A stretch of 63,708 nt of DNA, counting the filler, from Craspedostauros australis (Eukaryota), in assembly GCA_030167865.1 (NCBI GenBank). It is 12 parts of 12 records of this genome, joined end to end, with 100 filler letters (N's around TTAATTAATTAA, not from the genome) between each part and the next. Parts side by side here need not be neighbours in the genome. Positions count along the whole stretch, not along the records: positions 1 to 26,863 come from JALAGF010002146.1; 11 more parts are not named here. One strand, given 5' to 3'. Below are positions 12,958 through 24,693 of this stretch, one piece after another. Under the pieces are notes generated by a model, which worked only from the letters and a program-made list of their open reading frames with translations, was not told the DNA's origin and did not search any database. Within the stretch, counting starts at the first letter, position 1, and each line of letters opens with the position of its first letter. A program made the translations under genes and the position numbers.

Positions 12958-13305
12958 AGCAACTCCAGGCGCTCGTACTTTGGGAAGAGACGAGCAAAGA
13001 GACACAGCTCGTATACACAGAGAGGGAGAGGAGCAATACATCCGGAGTCATGGATCCTTTCGTATCAGTGATGAAGACTCAGATCCCAACTACCCATACC
13101 CCAACTATAATATGATGCGACTTGGTCTCTCAGAACAGACAAGGTGTAATGATTTCCAGCAACAAAAGAGCCCAGAGAGTTCAACAGAAAATCCCCATCG
13201 CATTTATACAATACTCTATCATACTTCAAACTGCCTCACTCCACAAACACATAGAGTACCGTGCTCTGCGATTGCATCATATATCATAGCACGTCATACA
13301 ATACG

Positions 13306-16300
13306 TTACAGCAAGCTCTCCACGAAGGCCTCGAGACTGTTGAGATCGGAAACGGTCGGCGAGATCACCGCCGACTCATTGCCCACGGACTTGCGTCTTG
13401 GCGAGGGCGCGCTGGGAGAGAATACATCGTGAATTTCGATCGTGTCGATTGTCAATCGGAGGTCATCGTCAGTGCTGTTGTTGATCCCACCTCCGAGATT
13501 GCCATCGAATTCATCGACGCCCGCATTGCGCGTCCTTTTTCGGTTGGTGCCGTTGTCCCTCTGCCTTCTGCGCGAACCCGGCGTCGTGTTGGAGTCCGGG
13601 AAGAACTCGCTGTTGCCTCCCCTCTCGGCCGCTGCGGATTGCTCCGTTGGTTCGCTTAACGATGGTGGCGATCGTGGTGATGGCTGCTGCTGCGACTGTT
13701 GAGCAGATTGGCGTGGAGGCGTCGTGATGTCGGAAAGGTAGGATGGCGATCTCGGATTTGCGGCTCTGGGTGCCTTCTGCATGCGAGTATCGAATACTGT
13801 GCTGCATTCTTTCTGCATCACGGTCAGCAACGTCAGGCGCTCTTCCTCCCATTCACTCCGCAGTCGGCGCACGTCCGCGGTGTGCTGCTTGTTCAACAGA
13901 TTCGTCTCGAAGTGGATGCGCTCTGACAGATCCTGCACTGATTTCTCCAACGCCTCACGGTGTGCCGCCTCGCGTTCGTACTGCTGGATGGTGGTGGCCA
14001 TCCGAGTCATCATGACGCGCATCTCTTCCTCGTTCTTTTCGGATGTCTCATTCGATTCCTCCTTCATCTGCGCATCGGGATCAACAATTTGGCATCATCG
14101 CATGTTGGTGAAATCGATCGTCATGTTATGCAATAGCATTTGGTGCAGCATTAGAAAGGTAAGGTCAGGTACATGAGGTAAGGCAAGATGGCAGAGATAT
14201 ATCACAGTACTCGAAGTCGTCAAGAAATCAAGAGCCAATTCGAAGACAGAGCAACTCATGGGTGCACCATACTATCTATCATGTTGGCGAGATTTTGTCC
14301 AGCCCCACGAACAGATGCTACTCTGCCAGCAGTCGTGCGTATCATATGGGCCAACACAAAATATTGCAAGAATACTGCACAGAGTGGTACCGTGCCAAGA
14401 CATGGTTTCCCAACGGCCACGAAGCAATCGTACGTACCCTGCCGATCTCTGTCTCGTGTCTTTCTGTCATTTCGAGGATTTTTTCATCCAGCTCCTGCTC
14501 CAGCCGTTGTCGAAGTTCCTCCAAGCTGCTGGCGAGCTTTTCGTTTGCCTTCTTTGCCGCCTGCCGCGTGGCATCGTTGTGCGTGGCCACAAGCTTCTGC
14601 ATCTGCGATTCATGCTCTTTCCTCAGGCGTGATATATCATGCTTGTGCTGCCGCACCAACGATGCCCGTTCTGCGGAATCTCGGATCCTTGCCAACCGAT
14701 CGGCGATCGAGTTGTCCAATGTCGGCGATCCGAAGTTGGAGATTTCATCGGACTGGAAGCGGATTGAGGCAGGGGTTTGACCAGAGCGCCTTCCAGGGCT
14801 GCGCATGGCAGAACGCGATGTTTGACGTGGGGACAGCACTGTCCTTTGTACCTTCGCGTCCTGTCTAGCTTCGGCAAGCTGCTTCTCGAGTTGCTTGATT
14901 TGGTTCTTGTGCTCGCTGCTGTCATCTTTCATGATGCGGACCAACACTTCGTGCTTTGATTCCATTTCCGCCAGCTTCTCGTTGAGGGCATTCTTCTCCT
15001 TCTCCTTCTTTCGCAGCGCCGCGTTCATCGTATCTTGAACTCCGCGAAGTTGTGCTTGCAAGGCGTCGTTCTCTTGCTGCTTCGATTGGATCTGCTGATC
15101 AACGGTGCCCTGCCGTGTCTGCGATTCCTGAATCTGCTTGGTGCGCTGCGACAGCTCCTTTCGAAGCTCCACGATGGTGCTCTCCATTGTCAATTTCTCC
15201 CCCCGCAGCTGTTCCACAACCGCCCTCTCGTCGTCCCTTTCCGAGACGGCCTCGATCAATCCCTGCCTGACCGAATCCATCTCGTTCTTGAGCTCCCTCT
15301 GCCGATTATCCCATGCCAAGCGCTTGTGCATGTACTCCTTCTTCTCGCGATTCGCAGATCTGACCTTGACTTCTATTGCCTTCTTTTCCTTGGACAGTTC
15401 CTGATTCTTGATGCGCAGCAGCTCGTTGACTTCTTCCTGCTCGGATACTTGCCGTTGCAATTCGGCGAGACTCCTGTGACATTCGTCATCCTTGGATTTG
15501 AGCTGATCCGCAAAGCTCTCTCGTTCCTTCTGCAAACTAGCGTTGAGATCTTTGACCTGCTGCAGTTCCGTCTGTGTGTTGACTAGCTCTCCTTTGAGAC
15601 GCAGCAGCGCCTGCAGCGCGGTGCCATGCACGCGAGCCACATCATCCGATGATGGTTGTGATTCCTGTGCTGGAGATGATGCTGTTTGTTGTCTATGCTG
15701 TTGTGCTTGCGATTGCGATCGTGATTGCGCCTGCGCTTGGTGCCGAGACTGTTGGTAGCCCTGGCCATCGACGTTCGGAGAGATCCTTCGATTCCTTTCG
15801 GGGTGTGCTTGTTGTTGTTGTTCTTGTTGCTGGTGCTGCTGGTATTGCTGGTGCTGTCCCCGATTGCGAGATTTGTGATGTTGTTTGTCACTTTGCCTTT
15901 GCGTCCGCGACTGAGCGCTGCTGGAGGATGATGCGCTTCTCGAGGAATGCTGACGCCGCATCTTGTGTACTTTTGATCCTGACTTCGATCTAGATGATGC
16001 CGACGACGATGGCCTTGTCGCTGCTGTTACTGCTGCAGGTGCTGATATGGGCATGGGCTGCTGCCTCGTCACAGTTGCGGCTGACTGTGGCGGACCAACC
16101 GGGGCGCTCATATCTTGATATTGCTGTTGCTGTTGCGGGTGATACTGATGCTGCTGCTGATGATGATGAGGGTATTGCTGTTGCGGATGGGGATATTGCT
16201 GATGCTGCTGTTGATGTTGCGAATGGGGATATTGCTGATGTTGGTATTGGTCAATAGATTCTTCACCAAGTGTGGTGTTGCCGTCTTGATCCACCACGAC

Positions 16301-16963
16301 TTCTGGAAACGGTGGTGGTTGCCGGCTTGATTGGACCTGTCCCATCCGATGCGAGTGCTGATTGTGCTGGTGTGGCAAACTCATGTTTGTGTTCGTGTTG
16401 GATATCGACGAAATGTCGGTTGGACGAATGCTACTCACATTCTGTGGCTGAAGCTGCGTTTGCGGTTGCGTCTTTGGTTGGTGATGCATCTGTTGCTGTT
16501 GCATCTGCGATTGCAGCTGTGGTTGCAGTTGCGGCTGATGTTGATGGGCATCGACAAATGGTCGGGAGGAGCCGACGGTCCGTGATTCGCTCATGATGGA
16601 GGCTGGCGGTGGAGACATCGGCGACGGCGGCACGATCGGTGGAACGATGGAGGCCTGATCGACCAGGCTGTGAAACTCATCCTCATCGTCGTCGTCGTCT
16701 TCCTCATTATCGCCGTTGTTGCCAGCAGCATCATCTTCAAATGCACTAATCATCCCTCCTCGTGCTGCATCGGCGATCTCATCCTCATTCAAATCGTCAA
16801 GCGACAGCGAGTATATGGAATGCGCCAGCAACGAATCCGCAGTGGCCGCAGTAGTGTTGACTGCCGGAGTCTCTGGCACCCGAAAGGAGAACTGCTGCGG
16901 TGGCGGTCCTCTGGGCGTTGGCTCTGGCGTCGGTTCGGTGTCATCATGGCTGAAGTCTTCCAT
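13306..16963 (-). CDS. Large (~1095 aa) Q/H/S-rich coiled-coil protein of unknown function (exons 16963-14438, 14067-13306)
   Basis: Long ORF with acidic and polyQ low-complexity N-half followed by an E/K/Q/L heptad-rich region. Phase-0 intron AGG|GTACGT...GCGCAG|ATG joins the 873-aa and 253-aa ORFs. Confidence 0.75.
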
Positions 16964-17553
16964 CGTTCACACGCACACTCGCCTCAGCGAGGACGGCGAT
17001 GCCGTGGATACTGCCAGCGACAATGGCGGTGACAATGATAGTGATGCCGCACCTTCGATGCCGCCCTGTTTGATTTTGTGAAGATCGATCGATTGCTGGC
17101 TGCTCTGCTCGTTCATATGCACATACGAAGTGCAATGATGAGCATCAGTAGGTGGAGATGTCGATGTATAATTGATGTGAATACTGTGGGAGGCATGAAT
17201 ACTCACTAACGTGCTGTTCTGTTGGCACCAACCAACGCACACCAACTCGCACAAACACACACAAAGTTCTCACCTCATCCGTGGTTGTCTTCCGTTGGAT
17301 GTGTTCAAAAGTTGTGGGGGCTTAACACGATTCCTTGAGTCACGAAGACGAACGGAAATGGCGATGTCCATAGTTTCATCAATAAGTCTAGCGAAACAGA
17401 ACCAAACCGGTCTTGTCGGCGCACTTGCGTTCGCCACGACGCTCCATAGTTGGGGAAAGCGGAAGTCCTCGGGACCACTGGCGAAAATCTCCATTTGAAT
17501 ACTACAACACGCTGGAGTCGCTGTATCTCACATTATACTATTATATTATATGT

Positions 17554-19907
17554 TCAAGTTTGTGGACAGTTACTTGCGAAGTGGCTTGGTTGGCCACATC
17601 GGAAGCACACCTGGGCATTCCCATCGTTGGCGTTTTGCCCACCTCTACCTCTACCTCCAGCTCCAGCTCTGCCTCGACCTCTACCGCGGGCTGGCCCTCT
17701 ACCTCTTCCCCTATCCCGTGTCGTCTGGCCACGTCTGCGGTTGTTCGTTGTGACTTGATTTGGTTGGGGCAGGTTGACATGGAAATCTCGTCGGAAATCC
17801 ACATCGCACAACACGCAGGTCGTGGAGGACATGCCGAAATGCGGCGGGACGTCGCCAGGTTTCCAAGTGAAGCTGATCTTCCGCACCGTCCCGTTTCCGG
17901 CTGCCGTGCATGTTGCGCACACCAGGTCATTCCTCGTGGCATCGACGGTGACGGTCTGGCTTGCCTTGGGGAGCCAGATGGTGTACGAACAGCGTTGGCG
18001 GCTGGAGTAGTTCGAGCATGACAGCACGTATCCCTTGCTATTCTTCTTGATGCAGACCTTGCCGGGACCTGCGGCGGTTTGGTTTTGTCGGCAGAAGGGA
18101 CAGGCGAAGATTTCAACGCCATCGCTTTGCGAACCACCGGCCAGGCTGCAGGTGGGGTGCTTGCAGCTGAAGCAGCGCAGTTCGTTGTTGCTTCCACCAC
18201 TGTATTGGACGGGTGCATCCGAAAAGCATTTGGGACAGACGTGATACCCGTTTCCTTCGTAGCCGTTGCCGCGCAGCACGCGAACCACCTGGAAGTTGCA
18301 GATCGGGCACTTCACCGGTGGACCTTGGTTCTCCTGTTCCGTTTTGGGACGATGGTCACCACGCGGCAACGTCCAGCCAGCCTGGCACGTGTCGCAGAAC
18401 AACAACTTTCGCTGGGTTCGATTGTTGTTGTTACCTCCGCGTCGGCCACCACCCACATCCGTCTCTTGCTTCATCGTCATTGATCCACCGCAGTCTCCGC
18501 AGATGCTGAAGTTGCGTTGTGCGACGACGAAGTTGTCGGCGTCGGTCCCCAGCCTGTTGAAGCGCCGTGACATCGCAGCATCGAGCTTATAGCTCTCGGC
18601 AGTTGCTGTGATGAAGATCTGCCTCATGTTGGCGAGGATGGGCTCGACGATGTCATTCTTCACCTTTTGTGCGCTGGCCACCAGGTTGCACTCATGCTCC
18701 ACTTCGCGTCGCAGATCTGGCTTATTGAGCTGATATCCCATGCTGTTGTATCCCTCAATCAAGGAGATCCCCAGCGGCGTCGGTTCAAAGCGCTGCGCTC
18801 CGTCCTTGTGCGCGTAGTCGCGGTCTTGGATCGTCGAAATGTGCTGCGCGATGGTGGCGTCGGTGCCGATGCCGTTCTTGTCCATGAGCGCAATGAGCTC
18901 CACCTCGGTGATCAAAGACGGCGGCGAGGTTCTGCCATCCTTCATCAACAGCGACGACGGCGCAATCCGGCTGCCGACCTCAACGGGAGGGAGTTGCCCC
19001 TGCCCTGTGGACCAGCGTTCCCACGGCTCGTAAATGTCGAGCCAGTTCTTGTGAATAATCATCAGGCCCTTTGCTGAAAATTCCTCGGTGCCAATCTGCA
19101 CCGTGATGGAGCTTTCGCGACCAATGGCGTCTCGGGAGCAGCACGCCAGGTAGTGCTTCACAATCAGGGTGTAGATATTGCGTTGGATTGGGTTTTGGAT
19201 CGTCTGTGGATCGACAGCTTTGCATGGTGTGATCGGTGGATGCGCCTGATCATCGTGCTGCCCGGCACGGGGGACTTGGAAGCCTCCTTGCAGCAGTGAT
19301 GTCGCGTACCTGTCGTCGACGAGTGGGAGATCAAAGCGAAAGCGAAAAGGGGAAAGAATAGAGGACAGAGAAGATAGAAGGTTGATGAGTATGATGGGGT
19401 GTACCGATTGACGACGTCAGTACAGTGGGTCATATCCATTCGCACGGGGAGAGTCATCCAGCTGGCAGTCTCAGCACCAGACACACGAGACACACTCGAA
19501 CACGCGAAACTCACTGCCCAATTTGACCACCGATGGAGGTCAAGTCCTGTATCAGAGGCTGGTGCTGAAACTCGGCACGGAAACGCTCAGTCTCCGTACG
19601 TGGGTAGCTGATGTAACCCTGCTGGTAGAGCCCTTCAGCCGCACCCATGAGCGCCTCGCTGCCAATCCGGAGGTATCGCGATGCGCGCTTCTGCAATTCG
19701 ACGGTGGCAAGCGGCACAGGACGCCACTTGTTCTTTGGTCGTCCCGTCAAGGCCGTGACCACCACCTCGTCGTGTTCCAGGCAGCTTTCGTACAGAATGA
19801 GGGTCATCAGCCTGTCGTACAGCCGCTGCCGTTTCCACGTGAACACGACAGGCCGCGATCCGGCAGTGCGGGCTTGCCGATGATTTGCTCGCCCTCGGTT
19901 ATTGCCG

Positions 19908-19978
<71 letters not shown>

Positions 19979-20920
19979 ATCCTGCGTCTCTCTGCCGTCT
20001 GGCGATTGTGCTGGTGGTGGTGTTGCTGCATCGTTGGATGATGGTACTGTGGGAATCTGAAGCGTGAGCTCCAGGAACCAGAAATCTTCCTCAATGAACG
20101 TCTGGATCCTTGCCCAACGTTCGACGACGAAACCGAGAGTCGGAAATTGGCAAGGACCGTAGCTGATGACGGACCTGGTTGGCAGCTGGAATCTCTTCTG
20201 CAGCCTAACGGTCTGGAAACGAGTGAAGGCGGCGCCCACACGCAGATCCATCTCCGACCTGGCTTGGACCGCCTCCACGAAGCTGCGATTGAGGCGCGTC
20301 AGCGTGTTCAAAGCTCGCTTGATCTCGCCGTCCATCACAGTCGAGAAACGCGCTCTGTAGATGAAGGGCTGAAGCCGACTGTTGCCCTCGATGCACACCT
20401 CCTCGACTTCGGCGCCGATGGCCTCCCCTTCCCGATCGCAATCCAACCACAGGATGACGGCCTGCACCTCCTTGGACAGCTTGAGCAGCATCTTGTACAG
20501 CCCGTCCATGTCGTCGCGGTAGCTGGTCTCCAATGGCGCCTCGAACAGCTCCACGGGATCGCACCGTCCCCAACCGTACATGCTCCCAAAGTCGATCGAC
20601 GCCAGATGGCCGCGCACCGACGTAGTAATCATCATGTGGCCTGCGCTCGGCGCTTGTGATGGCTGCAGTCTCTGCTGCTGCTGCTGCTGCTGGTGTTGTT
20701 GATGCTGCGGCTGGTTGCCTTGGTCGAACACTCGCGGGAACTGCACGTTCTCGTGTCGGAAGATCTGGGCAGCCTCGCGCCGCATGGGCTGCTCCCTGGA
20801 TTGCGCCATGCGGTTGAACACCCCTGCCAACGATCGTGCCACCGACGGCTTCTCGGCCACGTTCAGGATCTTGATGGGACCACCCTGGCCGCCACCGCGG
20901 AAGTTCCTGCGTTGTGGCAT
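17554..20920 (-). CDS. TOP3A: DNA topoisomerase III alpha (exons 20920-19515, 19309-17554)
   Basis: LNVAEKPSVA, TSVRGHL, LWLDCDREGEAIG (TOPRIM), SYGPCQFPTLGFVV, catalytic GYISYPRTET, HDDQAHPPITP (recovered after splicing CA|GTGAGT...ACAG|G), LMDKNGIGTDAT, C4 zinc ribbons, RGG tract and terminal CFRCGQPSHFASNCP knuckle. Confidence 0.95.
19907..19978 (-). repeat. (AAC)24 coding microsatellite giving a poly-Asn tract in TOP3A
   Basis: 72 nt of perfect GTT on the + strand, in frame with the topoisomerase ORF. Confidence 0.95.
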
Positions 20921-21484
20921 TGGTCTGATATGACGTCTGTCTTGGAGTGCTTTGGTTGCGTCAGAGCAATGGGTGGAGTACGATCTATGTTGGATTGGGA
21001 GAGTACCCTTGTGCCGTATTGTGCAATACTCTGCATTTTGGCAGAGAGTCGGCAAGAAAGTTGTACGATCTGGAATGAACACGCTGTGTTGGCGTTTGTG
21101 GTTTCGTCTCTCTTCTTGGCCTGTCCAGACTTTCCCTCCAACCTCGCACCTCCGGGTTTCTGACCTGTTGCGTTTTTGTTTGGCGCCATTTTTCTGTCTC
21201 CGAATTGGACGCGGTGTTGCTGTGTCTGGCCGCATGTACGCGAGCGGGTGTTTGCGCTTGGTGGGCATGAACAAGATCGTGAAATCACTTCGCGGGAAGG
21301 TGGTGGGAGAACGTGACGACGCAAACGTCAATCAGCCATCAAAGTCAACTTTCACATCCAGATCACTTCCCAGATCGCAATCCAGATCACCATCCGCAAC
21401 ACGCAAAGACAAGGACGGCACACACAGTTGCACATACGCAGAGGCCACTCGTCATTGTCGATCAAAAAGCGAAGGACATGAACA

Positions 21485-23582
21485 ATGTCGTCAAAAGAGG
21501 GAGTTATCGGCTCACGCAAGTTGCTCGGCCATCGAGGATCTGTTCTGTGCATGGATGTTTCAGACGATGAGCATTTGCTGCTGAGCGGATCGGAAGACAA
21601 GACGGCGAGGCTGTGGGATTTGCGGGAGCAGAAGCTCCGCGCATGCTTGTGCATCCCCACTAAGCATGAGGTTCAGTCAGTCGCATTTCGGCCCACCGCG
21701 CCCATGGCACCGAATGAAGCTGATGCAGACACTGCTTCAGATGTGGGCATGGATGGAGAATCGTCGTCGGCATCGAGTTTCGCGAAGGAGCACTCAGTGT
21801 AAGTTGCTTGTACGTGTGGTACTATGACATTGTGCTTGACGAGAAAAGGCGACTCCGCAAATGCTCATACTCGAAAGTATAATGCAAGTGAGTAGAGCGG
21901 CGTGGAGCTTCGCAATGTGCGATTCAATCACATGAGTTGACGCATGAATGAATGAATGAATGAATGAATGGATGATGGTTTGTGTACTCCATGGACAGAT
22001 CGATTCAGACGCTCGGTGCTCTCTGTGATCTCACATTCAGTCCTGTATGGTACTTATACATGCCACCGTCATCTACACAAACCAATCCTTATGATGCATT
22101 GATGCGTCCTCATGTCCTACGACTCGTACGCGCATCGGGTATCTCTGCCAATGCCGACACCACTGCCTCGTGGTCCTGCTTGGAATTCTTTCTTCATCGG
22201 CAGGTACCTTGGAATGGATCGATTTGTGTACGAATTCGATCTGCGCAAGGCCACGGGGCCTCTGCTGACGGAGCCCATCAGAGACATGTCGAGCATCCTG
22301 CACAATCAGGATGAAGTCAATCAGATCAGCCTCCGTCACTTTCATCACAAGGCCACGAAGCGGAAAGGTGGCAAAGGTTCGGGACAGAAGAAGCGAGCCA
22401 ATCAAAATCAGAATCAGAACCAAACGAAATTGTACATGGCGACCTGCGACGATGCCGGAACGATACGGGTGATGGACGCTGCGTCAACACGGAGCGATGT
22501 ACTGCATCATGATGCCAATGCGGTCGTTGTGATCCCAACGTGCGCCTTCCGTCGCGGTCCGCAGAAATCCCTCGAGCTGGCCAGCGGGGGCACCGATTGT
22601 AATATCCGTCTTTGGGATGCGACGAAACCAAAGTGAGTGGATCATATGTATTCGTTCAGTACGGGTACTCATGGAGGAGAAAGTCAGAAGGGCGTTCGAT
22701 CAGTTGTTGCTTTGCGCGGAGCTTCTGGAAGCAAAAGCATCAGTTTTCATCGACATATTATACGTGCGAGTCCAAATGCGTGTGCACGAGTATGCATGGG
22801 CTTGTTTGCCGAGGTGTTTCGGCGTTCTGCAACTGGAGCACTGTCTGGCGTATCGATCCACCACCACATCATTCTCACATACGCTTGGCACTTGATTGCA
22901 TTCACGTTTTCGTTTCATGCTTTGGTATCGTACACGGGCCGTTCACGAACGAAGAAAACCGATCTCAACATTCCTCGTCAAACAAGCTGTTGATGCGGAG
23001 CAGGACGGAAGCAGCACAGTGACGAGACCGCAGGTTGCCAACCCTCCGTTTGTGTATTCGTTGGATTGGAGCGAGAGTGGGAAGCTGTTGGCCGCGGGGT
23101 ATGGCAATGGAGACGCTGGTGTGTTCTGCGTGGAGAGCGGATCGCTCGTGCAGGTCGGTTTGTTGGAGGGTGGGCATGCGTCGTCCGTGGCGTCTGTCAT
23201 GTTCCCTCGCTTCGCAAGAGGCAACGAACGAGTCGTTGTCACGGCGGGGACGGATAGCACCATCCTCATTTGGGATGTGGGCATGGGCGTGGTGGGAGTT
23301 GAAAGCAACTACAACAATCCAAGGAATCTCTTCAGCCAGTCATTTTTGAGCAATCAGGGTATGGCCATGCAAACCGGAAGCGCTATTTCTACCCCCGCTG
23401 CCGCCACCGATGAGATCACGAGAGACCTGCAATCGATGATGAGCGACAAGCCGCAGGTGTTGTTCGGGATCAACCATACCGCCAAAGTCAACTGGGTGTG
23501 CTCAACGAGGCATCCTGCTGCACTCTTCGTCGCCGACACGTCGAATGATATCACATGCTACGATATTCCTTCGGCTCAGTGA
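21485..23582 (+). CDS. WD40-repeat protein, WDR53-like (exons 21485-21798, 22204-22632, 22955-23582)
   Basis: GHRGSVLCM...SGSEDKTARLWD, NQDEVNQI...ATCDDAGTIRV, LASGGTDCNIRLWD, NPPFVYSLDW, GHASSVASV, HTAKVNWV. Both GT-AG introns keep frame. Confidence 0.8.
21944..21970. repeat. (TGAA)n microsatellite in WD40 intron 1
   Basis: Read directly. Confidence 0.9.
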
Positions 23583-24091
23583 GACAGCGAGGCCAGAGAC
23601 CCACCACAAGTATGCGATCGTACTCGTAATCCATGTTTTTAAGAGGATTGCATGAGAGTGCAGGCTGAGTTTCTGGTGCTTCGTTGAGCTGATTTACCAG
23701 GGTGGAATGTGAGCTCATGTTGCAGCGCATGGAGTAGCTTTGTGGAGTATAGCACTCGAGAGCGCTTTGTCCAGAAGGATGCATGATAGGAACCTTGCGA
23801 GATGTACTTGCCCCGCTACTGTCTCTCTCCAGAATAGAAGTGTCCGCAAGAGTTGATACCAATGAGTCTGCACATCAGCTCACCCGTGTGTTGCACCGCC
23901 AAACACAGCATCACATCGAGTGTCATGCATTGCACTCATTCCATGATTGATGATGCAGTTGGGTGTCTGTACCCACCCTGGTAGATATCCTCAGCATCGT
24001 TCATTTCGCAGCGGTGGTCGATCTCATGCGTCCACTCTCACTCGCTCACTCACTCAGTTGCGCCGTCAAAAACCAAACACCCCCTGCTCAT

Positions 24092-24693
24092 TTACAGAGA
24101 ACGTCTTCCTACCCCTTCGTAGCCACCGGAGCCGGCCATGTCTGGATCGATGCCCTCCTCTTTCACGAGCCTCGATTTCTTCTTCTTCGGCGCTGGTGAC
24201 ACGACCGCTGCGCCGCCTCCCGTTCGCACCTGCCTCTTGCGTGTCGTGACTATCTTGTGCAGCTTCTCGGCCTTCTTGTGCGACAGCACACCGTAGTTGA
24301 TGCACCTGATGATGCAAGCGTGCATATGGTGCATGAAACACATGTACGAGTATGTAGTTGCAATGGTAGGACAGTACGAGTAGAGCCAAGCAAAATAATG
24401 TATACTTGACACCGTGCGTATGAATGGATGCATGACGGTGAGTGAATGAGTGAGCGAGTGATCGTATTGGCGCACATTGGCCATGATAGTTGGCCGATCC
24501 CATCGCATCCCATCGCATCGCATGATATCGACATGTGATATCGTCACAATGGCACTGCAAGGACTCACCATTCTTGCGCCATGAGAGAGTCTGGTCTCTG
24601 CTTCAGCAGGCTCTCGTAGAACACCCGATCACCAAACCCTGGCGTCGGCGTGGGGAACTTCTGCCCCGGCTTCAGTTTTTCGTTTTGCGACAT
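24092..24693 (-). CDS. Small conserved basic protein of unknown function (exons 24693-24569, 24305-24092; 5' end may extend further)
   Basis: Splicing TG|GTGAGT...TCAG|G gives MSQNEKLKPGQKFPTPTPGFGDRVFYESLLKQRPDSLMAQEWCINYGVLSHKKAEKL...PKKKK. This resembles the PGQK...FYESL..Q.P.S.MA..W....G motif I recall from plant/protist hypothetical proteins. Exon 1 is absent from the ORF track. Confidence 0.75.
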
